Assembly (NCBI GenBank): GCA_934699095.1
Contig: CAKUVI010000006.1
Location: 56,461 to 120,460, forward strand
Length of the DNA stretch: 64,000 nucleotides
Source of the DNA: an uncultured Bacteroidales bacterium
GTDB taxonomy: Bacteria; Bacteroidota; Bacteroidia; Bacteroidales; WCHB1-69
Direction of reading: 5' to 3'
Below the pieces are notes generated by a model that saw only the letters and a program-made list of their open reading frames with translations, made no database searches and was not told where the DNA came from. Below, piece by piece: positions 45,732 to 54,228 of this stretch. Each line of letters opens with the position of its first letter. Position 1 is the first letter of the stretch. Position numbers and translations under genes: made by a program.

Positions 45732-45739
45732 CAAAGATA
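45732..45739 (-). promoter_or_regulatory. -7 promoter box (TATCTTTG) for pepP / P-loop gene / ddh
   Basis: The plus strand reads caaagata. It lies ~22 nt upstream of the ATG at 45710. Confidence 0.5.
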
Positions 45740-45763
45740 AAAAAAATCTTCAGACTAAAATTG

Positions 45764-46147
45764 TCAAAAGGTGAACAGATAGTTCATTGTGAAATTCCAT
45801 ATTGTGACCACACCGATGGCCAGAACCTTGGAGAGATAGAAATTCAATTTCATTCTTCCGTGAAGAAGATATACCACCAAATTGTTGATTCCCAAACCGA
45901 TTAGTGACACTATGAAAAACTTTCCGTATTCAAGTGTGATGTTTTTGTTGGTGCTTTGGAATGTCCATACTCTGTTCCAGATGTAATTGTTTGTGGCGGC
46001 AAGCACAAAGCCTATTGAGTTAGCCAGGTATTTGTTCCACTTTAGCTTCTCCTTGCAAAACCATGTGATGCCGAAGTCAACGGCAGTGCCCGACAGCCCA
46101 ACCACACTGAATTTCAGGAATTTGAATATCAAAGCGCTGTTAATCAT
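45764..46147 (-). CDS. GtrA-family membrane protein
   Basis: 127 aa with 4 TM segments. The N-terminus FLKFSVVGLSGTAVDFGITW is typical of GtrA. Confidence 0.8.
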   Translation of the reverse strand: MINSALIFKFLKFSVVGLSGTAVDFGITWFCKEKLKWNKYLANSIGFVLAATNNYIWNRVWTFQSTNKNITLEYGKFFIVSLIGLGINNLVVYLLHGRMKLNFYLSKVLAIGVVTIWNFTMNYLFTF

Positions 46148-47804
46148 GGATTTTGATCTTAAATGGTTTTGAGTTTACGGATCGGTTGATGACGTTGTCC
46201 AAGCAAATAACCACCTGGGCATCAGGAATATATCTTACCGTAGTAGTACATTTCAGACTGCCGCCCGCGGGTATCACGAGGTCTGCCGGCAGTGGGCAGG
46301 TCACCGGAAAAGATTTGTTGTCTTTCAAAAATACTGTGTGCACTGTTACCGGAAACTCTTGGTTCCCGAAGTGAAAATCTTCATCGTATGGATTTAACAA
46401 AGTCATATCAAGGTGAAGTGAGTTGTCAGCTACACTGTAATTGTCCACAATGACTTGGATTCTGTTGGTGCCCTGAAAAGATTCTGTTTTATGAATATAA
46501 AATTCAATTCTTTGCGTTTTAACCAGTTCAAAGCCTTCTTTTTTACGATTTTTGTATTTGTGAGGGCTATAGCTTATGATGCAGGCCGGTTTCCCTTGGA
46601 GATTTCTGTCGAATTGCCATAGGTCGAACTGGGTCTTTCTGTTATACAAAGAGCTGATTTGCATTGATTTATCTCCAGTATAGAAAGAGTATAGAGAAGG
46701 TGCCTGGAATGATCCGACAAATACGGCGGGTTTTCCTTCGCAATATTCATGAATCACATCATAGGCATGTTTTTCGCCGAATTCGTTGGAAAGTCCGCGG
46801 CTTAGCATGAACGGAGCTGCCACTCTAACAATCAAAATCAGGAAAACGAAGGGTGTCACTCCGTAAGCGAGCCATTTTCGGTTCTCGTCTTTTCGGAGTT
46901 CCTGCCAGAGGATCGTGATCATCGGGATGGAGGCTGCAACCGTCCAGTGTGGCTCTGCATGTCCTTTCAGGGTCATAAGCCAGAAAAAAACTATAAAGCC
47001 GGTCAATGTGAAGATTGCTGCCCGTTCGTAGGTGTTGCCTGACTTACGGTTTTTCCAACAGAACCAAATGGCGAGGCAGAGGCTTGCAGGATTATAAACG
47101 AGCAGTTGGTTGGGCAGATATTCAAGCAAGTACTTGATATTGAAACCAGAGTTTCGTCCTATCAGGTGGTATTGGAAGCTTGGAAAACCGTTGTGAACCT
47201 GCCATAGGATATGCGGCACAAAAAGTATGGCGGCCACGAGCACGGCAGTCCATACTCTTTTGTCCCTCAGCAACTTGAGATTGGAAAGAAGGACAAAACC
47301 TATCACAAGCACGGCCATGTATTTGCTGTAGAGCATGGCGGAGAGTGCAACGCCCATGGCCACAGCGACCGGCCATGACGGGTTGTCGGTGTATTTTCGG
47401 TACAGAAAGAAGAACAGGGCTGTAAAGAAGAGCAGTGGGGCATCGGGAGTTGTTATGAATCCATATACAGAGAACATTATTAGCGATGAAGCCACAATGA
47501 AGAATACACACACATCGCGTGAGCTGCGTTCTTTCCCGGGAAGTGATTTCCATGTGAGGAGCAAAGTCCCGCAATGGAGTATAACTGTGGCGAAGCGGAC
47601 GCCAAGATTATTGTGGAACAGAATTGAGCTGAATGCCGTGAGCAATGCAACCATCGGTGGATGATCGTAATATCCCCAATCAAGGTGACGGCCATAGAGG
47701 GCATAATAAGCCTCATCTGCATGTATAGGTGTGAAAACAGCCTGCAGCAAATCGGCAATCATCCATATAATCAACAGAATACAGAATAGTCTTTGCGGCT
47801 TCAT
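46140..47804 (-). CDS. GT-C glycosyltransferase (family 39/83, ArnT/PMT-like)
   Basis: The track ORF is 46140..47834 (TTG start). I prefer the ATG at 47804 (MKPQRLFCILLIIW...). It has the motif HADEAYYALYGRHLDWGYYDHPPM and many TM segments. It overlaps gtrA by 8 nt. Confidence 0.75.
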   Translation of the reverse strand: MKPQRLFCILLIIWMIADLLQAVFTPIHADEAYYALYGRHLDWGYYDHPPMVALLTAFSSILFHNNLGVRFATVILHCGTLLLTWKSLPGKERSSRDVCVFFIVASSLIMFSVYGFITTPDAPLLFFTALFFFLYRKYTDNPSWPVAVAMGVALSAMLYSKYMAVLVIGFVLLSNLKLLRDKRVWTAVLVAAILFVPHILWQVHNGFPSFQYHLIGRNSGFNIKYLLEYLPNQLLVYNPASLCLAIWFCWKNRKSGNTYERAAIFTLTGFIVFFWLMTLKGHAEPHWTVAASIPMITILWQELRKDENRKWLAYGVTPFVFLILIVRVAAPFMLSRGLSNEFGEKHAYDVIHEYCEGKPAVFVGSFQAPSLYSFYTGDKSMQISSLYNRKTQFDLWQFDRNLQGKPACIISYSPHKYKNRKKEGFELVKTQRIEFYIHKTESFQGTNRIQVIVDNYSVADNSLHLDMTLLNPYDEDFHFGNQEFPVTVHTVFLKDNKSFPVTCPLPADLVIPAGGSLKCTTTVRYIPDAQVVICLDNVINRSVNSKPFKIKIHD

Positions 47805-47862
47805 ATTGGCCGCGAAGGTACACAATATTTTCAAAACAGATCAATCCTTGCCTGAAAAATGT

Positions 47863-47870
47863 TATCTTTG
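47863..47870 (+). promoter_or_regulatory. -7 promoter box (TATCTTTG) for pfk
   Basis: Fits TAnnTTTG and lies ~15 nt upstream of the ATG at 47885. Confidence 0.55.
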
Positions 47871-47884
47871 CCAAATTTTTGATT

Positions 47885-48988
47885 ATGGCACATAAGATAT
47901 TGATAGCCACTGGTGGTGGCGACTGCCCTGGACTTAATGCAGTGATTCGCGGCATAGTCAAGAGGGCAAGTCTCGAAAAGGAAGAATGGAAAGTTTACGG
48001 ATGTATTGAGTCTTTCAACGGAATCCTAAAGGATGATGTGGAGATAGTGGAACTTACGGAAAGCATGGTTTCCGGTCTTCATGTCAAGGGCGGAACAATC
48101 ATAAAGACTACCAACAAGGGCGGCCCATTCCATTTCCCGGTGAGACAGCCGGACGGCTCTTGGGTTATGGAGGACAGGTCAATGCTCATGAAAAAACGTT
48201 TCGAGAACATGGGCTTCGATGCTATCGTAAATGTTGGCGGCGACGGTTCTCAAAGCATTTCCCTCAAGCTTCAGAATATGGGCATTCCGGTTGTAGGTGT
48301 GCCGAAAACCATCGACAACGACCTTTCGAGCACCGACTTCACGTTCGGTTTCCAGACGGCCGTCCAGATTGCAACTGAGGCTTTCGACAAGTTGGTTACA
48401 ACGGCAGAGAGTCACAACCGTGTCTTCATTATGGAAGTCATGGGACGTGATGCCGGCTGGATTGCCCTGCACACGGCCCTTGCAGGCGGTGCCGATGTCT
48501 GCATCATCCCTGAAATACCGTACAACCCTGAAGTCATAGCACGCAAGATCGAAACACGCTACAAGAACGGCATGGGATTCTGCAATATTGTGATTGCCGA
48601 GGGTGCCAAGCGCATCGGCGGAGACGTGACAGGACAGGCCCCTACAGCTGTCGGCGACCAACATATCAAATTGGGAGGCGTGGGCGACGTGCTTCGCCAG
48701 GAACTCATGGCCCTTGGCATTGAACACGATATCCGCGTCACCGTTCTCGGTCACCTGCAACGCGGCGGCACGCCTGTGGCCTACGACCGTATCCTTGCAA
48801 CCGAATTCGGTGTGAAAGCTTTTGAATTAGTCAAGGAGAAGAAATATGGGAACTTGGTGGTTTACAGACATCCGAATATTTCATACGTGCCGATAGAAGA
48901 GGCTATTAAAGAACCGCATTTGGTAAGTCCCGATGACTATTTGGTAAAGGCCGCTAAGGGAATCGGAATGGTCTTTGGAGATGAATAA
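47885..48988 (+). CDS. pfkA: 6-phosphofructokinase (PFK-A family; phosphoryl donor not assignable by eye)
   Basis: The track start at 47879 is a TTG, and the ATG at 47885 gives MAHKILIATGGGDCPGLNAVIRG. The signature is mixed: GGDGS (ATP-type Gly) together with PKTIDND (Lys, as in PPi-type enzymes). Confidence 0.9.
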   Translation: MAHKILIATGGGDCPGLNAVIRGIVKRASLEKEEWKVYGCIESFNGILKDDVEIVELTESMVSGLHVKGGTIIKTTNKGGPFHFPVRQPDGSWVMEDRSMLMKKRFENMGFDAIVNVGGDGSQSISLKLQNMGIPVVGVPKTIDNDLSSTDFTFGFQTAVQIATEAFDKLVTTAESHNRVFIMEVMGRDAGWIALHTALAGGADVCIIPEIPYNPEVIARKIETRYKNGMGFCNIVIAEGAKRIGGDVTGQAPTAVGDQHIKLGGVGDVLRQELMALGIEHDIRVTVLGHLQRGGTPVAYDRILATEFGVKAFELVKEKKYGNLVVYRHPNISYVPIEEAIKEPHLVSPDDYLVKAAKGIGMVFGDE

Positions 48989-48989
48989 T

Positions 48990-49020
48990 GAAAAAGCCCG
49001 CAAACGCGGGCTTTTTTTTA
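48990..49020. terminator. Bidirectional rho-independent terminator between pfk and the PCMD-like gene
   Basis: aaaaagcccgcaaacgcgggctttttttt, with a 7-bp GC-rich stem flanked by A- and T-runs. Confidence 0.8.
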
Positions 49021-50043
49021 TCTTTCGGCTTGTAATTCTTCGTTGTTGTGGAACCTCACTGTGTAGGTCTGCTCCCCGTCATCGTGAACAACCGTCAAAG
49101 TAGCGGTGTGTCCATTTTCAACTGTAGGATTCTCGATTACCACTTTTGCGTGCGGTGACTGCGGTTCAGCTGTTAGTTGTATGTCTGAGCTGTTGTTGCA
49201 GTATAGGTCATAAACAAGCACATCCGGGTTGAAGTTAGGGAGATTCTCGCCATCAATCTTGATGTATGAAAGCCGCTTGTTGTATATCATTTTGATGTCG
49301 TCAACCACTAATTTGTCGCCGTTGCTGCCGCCTTTGGTGATCTTGTTGGTAGAGAATGAGGCGAGAATGTAAGAAGGTGTACGGGTGGTGGATTTAACGA
49401 GATTGTTCTGCTCGTCATAGTATTTGAAGGCGAATTTATAGCGGTGCCATTTCTTGTCATTGGGATCCTTGACTTCACAGAAAGCGTTGCCTATCTTACC
49501 TTTTTGGGCTGATGCTGAGTTGTGGACTGATATGTCGCGATAAGCTGTGTTGGTGTGCAGGTGGAATTTGGCGATAGCAACGTTAGAGGGCTTTTTCATG
49601 TCAAATTTGAGCCAGAAATAAACAGAATCGGGACGTCCGGTGAACTTCATGGCTGCGTTGTGGCCCATTTTGTTGTCTTTGTCGGTGTAGTTGTAGTTCG
49701 CCTCGCTTTTGTTGTCGGGAGTGGCGAATAGCATCTGTCCGGTTGTGATCACCCCATTAACGAGGTTGCCGGCTATAGAGGTGGCGTAGAGTTCGCATCC
49801 GTAGCCGCTGTGACCGGTGACACGGTTGCTGTGGTTTTTACGCATAGGGCCGCAACCCCAAGAATATACTCCTTTCAGTTGACAGTCGCCTTCGGCAAAC
49901 GAGTGCCAGTATTTTGGTATTGCATTTCCGTTTTCAGTGGATGTCCATTGTTCGAAATTACTGTTGGGCATCTGTGTCTGGGCAATGCTGAAACTTGCTA
50001 AAGTTACCGCAAGAAGTCCGAGAATAAGTTTTTTCTTGTTCAT
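49018..50043 (-). CDS. Secreted PCMD-domain-like protein with a C-terminal cadherin-like beta-sandwich
   Basis: 341 aa with a signal peptide. The N-terminus NSNFEQW...IPKYWHSF resembles the putative carbohydrate metabolism domain. The C-terminus LSYIKIDGENLPNFNPDVLVYDL resembles cadherin-like domains. The family call is tentative. Confidence 0.55.
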   Translation of the reverse strand: MNKKKLILGLLAVTLASFSIAQTQMPNSNFEQWTSTENGNAIPKYWHSFAEGDCQLKGVYSWGCGPMRKNHSNRVTGHSGYGCELYATSIAGNLVNGVITTGQMLFATPDNKSEANYNYTDKDNKMGHNAAMKFTGRPDSVYFWLKFDMKKPSNVAIAKFHLHTNTAYRDISVHNSASAQKGKIGNAFCEVKDPNDKKWHRYKFAFKYYDEQNNLVKSTTRTPSYILASFSTNKITKGGSNGDKLVVDDIKMIYNKRLSYIKIDGENLPNFNPDVLVYDLYCNNSSDIQLTAEPQSPHAKVVIENPTVENGHTATLTVVHDDGEQTYTVRFHNNEELQAER

Positions 50044-50076
50044 CTTTGTGAAAATTATTGTAGGACAACGTGATTT

Positions 50077-51231
50077 TTAAAATTTTATTGTCTGTACGAA
50101 TTCCGAGAAATAGACACGCCAGTTGCGCCATGTGTGCCCGCCTATGGAGTTGTACATGGTGTACGGGATGTGTTTGCGTTGCATTTTTTTTCTGAAGATG
50201 TTGATCTGCAGGTGGAACAGGTCACCTACGCCGCCTCCGATCCAATAGCGTGAGAAGAGGTCGTGCGGCAGCTGTTTTTTCTTCACCACTGGTGAGAAAA
50301 GGCCAACGTACCTGAATGTGCTGTCGTACATGTTTGCCAGGTTAGCCGCCTGCTTCGCCCCAGCCGACAGTCCGGCAGCTGCACGGCCGCCTTTGACAGG
50401 CGAGAAACGGTATTTTGAGCAGAGAAAGCTGTCAATGCCTTTGAATTCATACTCGAATTCTTTCTTGTTCCAAGAGGGGTAGAGCAGTATGTTCTTGACC
50501 AATCCAACATTCTCTTTTTGGGAGATGAGGCATTCCGGGTTTGCATCGGGCATCACCAGAATCATCGGTATGGCTCGTCCGTCGTCTATGAGATTGTCGA
50601 GTATCTGGGTTGCGCGACCGCGCTCGCTCCAGGCATTCTCATTGCCATTCAGGCCATGGATGAGGTACAATACAGGATAAGTGCTTGTGGTGTCGTTGTA
50701 ATATTGAGGAGGCGTGTAAACGAGCATGTTGCGGTTTTTGCCGCCCTTGGGGTTCTTGTACACTACGGTGTCCACCCTTCCTTTGAGGGAGTCAGTCACA
50801 TAAAGGTTTGACTGAGGTGTGCCGGATATCACAAACATGCTCAGTTTCTCGGTCCTTACGCGTACGGAGTCCGGATTTGTGGGGTCAGGCATGTTGCGGC
50901 CGTCAACGTTGAACTGATAAGTGTAAACTTCAGGGCTGAGCGGTGGGGTGGTGTAGTGCCAGTTGCCGGTGGAGTCCTTGCTCATCTTCGCCTTATGGTA
51001 GTTTTCCCTCTTGATGGTTCTGGTCTCACGGCGCAGCCTGCAATCACATATCACCTTCACGCTGCGCGCCTTAGGATTGGCATAACAGAACGCTACAGAC
51101 CCGTCTTCGTTTACAACTGTGGAGTCTGTGTGGTGCGTCTGTGCGTCTGTGGTAGTGAGTGTCAGGCAGAAAGTGATAAGTGCGATTAACCTATACCAAT
51201 TTAGATTTTTCATGATCCCTGATGGCTTCAT
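50077..51231 (-). CDS. Esterase-family alpha/beta hydrolase with an N-terminal E-set/CBM48-like domain
   Basis: 384 aa with the YPVLYLIHGLNGNENAW motif of the putative esterase family and a GLSAG nucleophile elbow. An alternative ATG at 51213 gives a cleaner signal peptide. Confidence 0.75.
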   Translation of the reverse strand: MKPSGIMKNLNWYRLIALITFCLTLTTTDAQTHHTDSTVVNEDGSVAFCYANPKARSVKVICDCRLRRETRTIKRENYHKAKMSKDSTGNWHYTTPPLSPEVYTYQFNVDGRNMPDPTNPDSVRVRTEKLSMFVISGTPQSNLYVTDSLKGRVDTVVYKNPKGGKNRNMLVYTPPQYYNDTTSTYPVLYLIHGLNGNENAWSERGRATQILDNLIDDGRAIPMILVMPDANPECLISQKENVGLVKNILLYPSWNKKEFEYEFKGIDSFLCSKYRFSPVKGGRAAAGLSAGAKQAANLANMYDSTFRYVGLFSPVVKKKQLPHDLFSRYWIGGGVGDLFHLQINIFRKKMQRKHIPYTMYNSIGGHTWRNWRVYFSEFVQTIKF

Positions 51232-52375
51232 TCAACATTTCCTCAAATTTTGTGATAGAATTGTCGATGCTGTATTTTTCGGCTGATTTCGAATACACAG
51301 CTTCCATTCTAAGGCGTTCTTCAGTGTTGTCAAGCCAGTAGTCGATTGCACGGGCGAGGTCTTTAGGGTCGCCTGCCTTGAAGAGGCTGCGCTCATCGAG
51401 GGCGAACTGGGTTGTCGCAGAGAGCTTGCTGTTGGCGATTACCGGCACAAGACCGGTTGCAAAAGCCTCAATGCAGGAGATGGCCTCAGACTCCATGTCA
51501 GCAGCATGGACGTAAAGGTCGGCCTGAGACAGAAGCGTGATCAGCTCGTCGCGTTTCACATATACGAATTGCGGTTCCAGCGGCAGTGACTTGCCCTGGC
51601 GCTCGTATCTCTCCAACATTGGTCCGCGGCCTGCGAATATCAGTTGGATGCGGTCTGCATATTTCGAATATGGCACTGCATGGATGATGAGTTCCTGCTG
51701 CTTTTCGCGGGTCAGACGGCCCACCATCATGATGAGTATCTTGCCCTTGTATTGGTTGTAAGTCTCTGGACGTGTCTCTTGGATGTTGCGCTTGCCCGCT
51801 TCGATGAACTCCGACTGTATGCCGTTGCTGATGACGTGAAGCTTGGCCTTGTAGCCTCTCTCCTTGATGGTGTCGGCCATGAATTGGGAAGGACAGTGTA
51901 CGTGTTGGAAGTTGTCGTACATGTGGCGGCGGAATAGGCCGTACAGCATGTTGGTGATCCAGGTCACTTTGTGCAAGCCGATGTTAGCGGTGAGGCTCTC
52001 AGGCTGCATGTGATAGGCACCGGTGCAGGGCTTACCTATCTGCATGGCATAGCGCTGGGCCACAATCTCCAGACGGAACGGAAGAAAACAGTGCACGATG
52101 TCTGCCCACTCAACTGCCTTGTGGATGGTCTTGAGAGTCTCCTTGCCATAGAACTTGGCGAAGTTGAAGTTGTGCTTGTTCATCAACGGCTGGAAAATCG
52201 GCATGTGGAAATAGCGTACGGAAAACAGGTTGACGTCTGTCTCCCCCGATTCGTTCGCCGCTAAAATCCGCACCTCGTGACCGCGCTTTCTCAATTCCTT
52301 GGCATAACGCTGCGCTGAAATGCTTGTGCCGTTGTTGTTTGTGTAATAGGTGTCAATAACAAATAATATCTTCAT
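51191..52375 (-). CDS. Glycosyltransferase family 4 (GT-B fold)
   Basis: 394 aa. The N-terminus MKILFVIDTYYTNNNGTSISAQRYAKELRKRGHEVRILA and a C-terminal E-x7-E region (ESEAISCIEA) are present. Confidence 0.85.
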   Translation of the reverse strand: MKILFVIDTYYTNNNGTSISAQRYAKELRKRGHEVRILAANESGETDVNLFSVRYFHMPIFQPLMNKHNFNFAKFYGKETLKTIHKAVEWADIVHCFLPFRLEIVAQRYAMQIGKPCTGAYHMQPESLTANIGLHKVTWITNMLYGLFRRHMYDNFQHVHCPSQFMADTIKERGYKAKLHVISNGIQSEFIEAGKRNIQETRPETYNQYKGKILIMMVGRLTREKQQELIIHAVPYSKYADRIQLIFAGRGPMLERYERQGKSLPLEPQFVYVKRDELITLLSQADLYVHAADMESEAISCIEAFATGLVPVIANSKLSATTQFALDERSLFKAGDPKDLARAIDYWLDNTEERLRMEAVYSKSAEKYSIDNSITKFEEMLNEAIRDHEKSKLV

Positions 52376-52519
52376 CTCTTAATGTTTTTTCTACATATTG
52401 ATGCTGAACTACGTATTAAAACTCTCGAAAAAAAGAAATAAATTCTTCTTTTCTTTGCATCTGTCAAGTGCGTTCAAGTAGTGTTAATTAGATAGTTAGC
52501 CATCCATAGATCAACCCTG

Positions 52520-52527
52520 CAAAAATA
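52520..52527 (-). promoter_or_regulatory. -7 promoter box (TATTTTTG) for the GT4/esterase/PCMD string
   Basis: The plus strand reads caaaaata. It lies ~145 nt upstream of the ATG at 52375, and the extended sequence AAAAAATGTATTTTTGCA is shared with the box at 6124. Confidence 0.5.
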
Positions 52528-52614
52528 CATTTTTTTCTATTATCTCTAAACACCTAATATCAAAACGTTCTTTTGACTTTCAAAAGTGCTGAGATAAAAC
52601 ATTGACTGAATTTA

Positions 52615-52626
52615 AATCGTACGTTT
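52615..52626. promoter_or_regulatory. Near-palindrome AATCGTACGTTT (11/12 match to AAACGTACGTTT; copy 2 of 3)
   Basis: Read directly from tttaAATCGTACGTTTgaat. It sits between divergent promoter boxes at 52520 (-) and 52653 (+). Confidence 0.5.
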
Positions 52627-52652
52627 GAATCGGTCGGTAATGATTATTATTG

Positions 52653-52660
52653 TAATTTTG
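52653..52660 (+). promoter_or_regulatory. -7 promoter box (TAATTTTG) for the WG-repeat/uvrA-like pair
   Basis: Fits TAnnTTTG and lies ~19 nt upstream of the ATG at 52679. Confidence 0.5.
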
Positions 52661-52678
52661 CAATAATGTTGAGTTTTA

Positions 52679-54226
52679 ATGTTTGATATGCTTAAACATC
52701 TGAGCAATAGTGTTTTATGTGTGATGTTTTTGAGTGTGCTGATCCTTGGTTTTACTATGGCAGATGCTCAAGACAACATACCGTATATAGAAACCGAAAT
52801 CCAAGATGTGACACCATATCATATCCAGTACCGATTATTGCATAATGACGAATGCCATCATGTGTATATATACAAAGACCGAGGTGACGAAGTTGAGTTG
52901 ATGTCAAAAATGTTCGGGCTGTCTTACGAGGATGTCGTGTTCCATTGGGGATGGCGTTTCGATTCTATATGGTCTCACTTTTGGACTGACTTAAAGCCAA
53001 GAAAAGAATACACCATTTGGTCTGTTCCGGCAGATTCATCAGACCGACTTTTCAATTTTGTCGGCACCTCTTTTATGACCGCTCCTATAGGTGGGCATGG
53101 TAAGTCTTCAATACAGGTGTACAGCAGTTTTATAACAGACACTGCTTCATATGTGGTGTGCGAGCCTAACGCTGAAACTTGTGGATATCATAATGGTATC
53201 GTATCTGCATCTTGGTACGAAAAACTCGGTCTTGACTCGTTATGCAGTATAATTAACAGATTTCCCGCGATCTACCAGACTGACAGGTGGGGACGCCTTC
53301 TGCTAAACCACGGTACGCGCTATTGCATGATTGCCTTCGGCCAAAATGCCGATGGAGTGCCAGGCGACACTACAGTGCACTGGTTCACAACGCCTGGAGA
53401 TTTGCAGGTTAATGAACTTGACACCATACCTGTTATCTCATATTGCTCTTCTGAAGACAATACATTAGACATACCGCAAGAATTTCTCAATCAATATATT
53501 GTCAGGATTAGCAAACCAGACAGATCGAAAATGCTACAGGAAGTTTTGCTTGGAGATGAGAATGTAATATTTGCCTCGCTTCCTGTTGGTGATTATTTTG
53601 TTGAGGTGATCAGGAAAGATGATGGAAAAATAATAAAGGAGATACGTATCTACAACAGAAAAAAGGAAGTTGTTGTTGAAACACACAAAGAAAACGAAGG
53701 CTTTACATGGACAAAACTTCGTCAGGACTACCTATACGCTGTCGGGGATTCTTCGGGAAAGGCCATAACACCGTTCGTGTTCACACGGTTAGACTATACA
53801 GATGGCTTTTTTAAGGGCAGAACCCATTCAGGAAAAAGACTTTACGATGTAATTCTTACAAAACAAGGTGATTATTTGATAGGTCCCGACCGCGGCTATG
53901 ACTACATTAATTACAATGGATTTGAAAATACTTTTTGGTTCTCGAAAAACAGGAAAATGGGTATTTGCGATTCACGTGGAAAGAATATAATCGCCCCGAT
54001 TTATGACGATATTGTCAGTTGGGAACTCTACTATGAAGTGAATCAAAATGGTTTGAAAGGTTGTGTTGACAAAAGCGGGCGAGTGATATTTCAACCTCAA
54101 TTTGATAGTTTTGAAAAGGACAAATATGGGTTCAAGGCGATGAAAGGCGGGGTGGAGTATTATATAGATTCAAAAGGCAAAGTTTTAGGTACATCAGATC
54201 AAGAAACAGAACTAATAGAGGAATAG
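52679..54226 (+). CDS. Secreted hypothetical protein with C-terminal WG/KWG-type beta-propeller-like repeats
   Basis: 515 aa with a signal peptide (LILGFTMADAQ). The C-terminal repeats (KMGICDSRGKNIIAPIYDDI, LKGCVDKSGRVIFQPQFDSF, VEYYIDSKGKVLG) fit the WG-containing repeat pattern. The gene is visibly AT-rich. Confidence 0.65.
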   Translation: MFDMLKHLSNSVLCVMFLSVLILGFTMADAQDNIPYIETEIQDVTPYHIQYRLLHNDECHHVYIYKDRGDEVELMSKMFGLSYEDVVFHWGWRFDSIWSHFWTDLKPRKEYTIWSVPADSSDRLFNFVGTSFMTAPIGGHGKSSIQVYSSFITDTASYVVCEPNAETCGYHNGIVSASWYEKLGLDSLCSIINRFPAIYQTDRWGRLLLNHGTRYCMIAFGQNADGVPGDTTVHWFTTPGDLQVNELDTIPVISYCSSEDNTLDIPQEFLNQYIVRISKPDRSKMLQEVLLGDENVIFASLPVGDYFVEVIRKDDGKIIKEIRIYNRKKEVVVETHKENEGFTWTKLRQDYLYAVGDSSGKAITPFVFTRLDYTDGFFKGRTHSGKRLYDVILTKQGDYLIGPDRGYDYINYNGFENTFWFSKNRKMGICDSRGKNIIAPIYDDIVSWELYYEVNQNGLKGCVDKSGRVIFQPQFDSFEKDKYGFKAMKGGVEYYIDSKGKVLGTSDQETELIEE

Positions 54227-54228
54227 TG

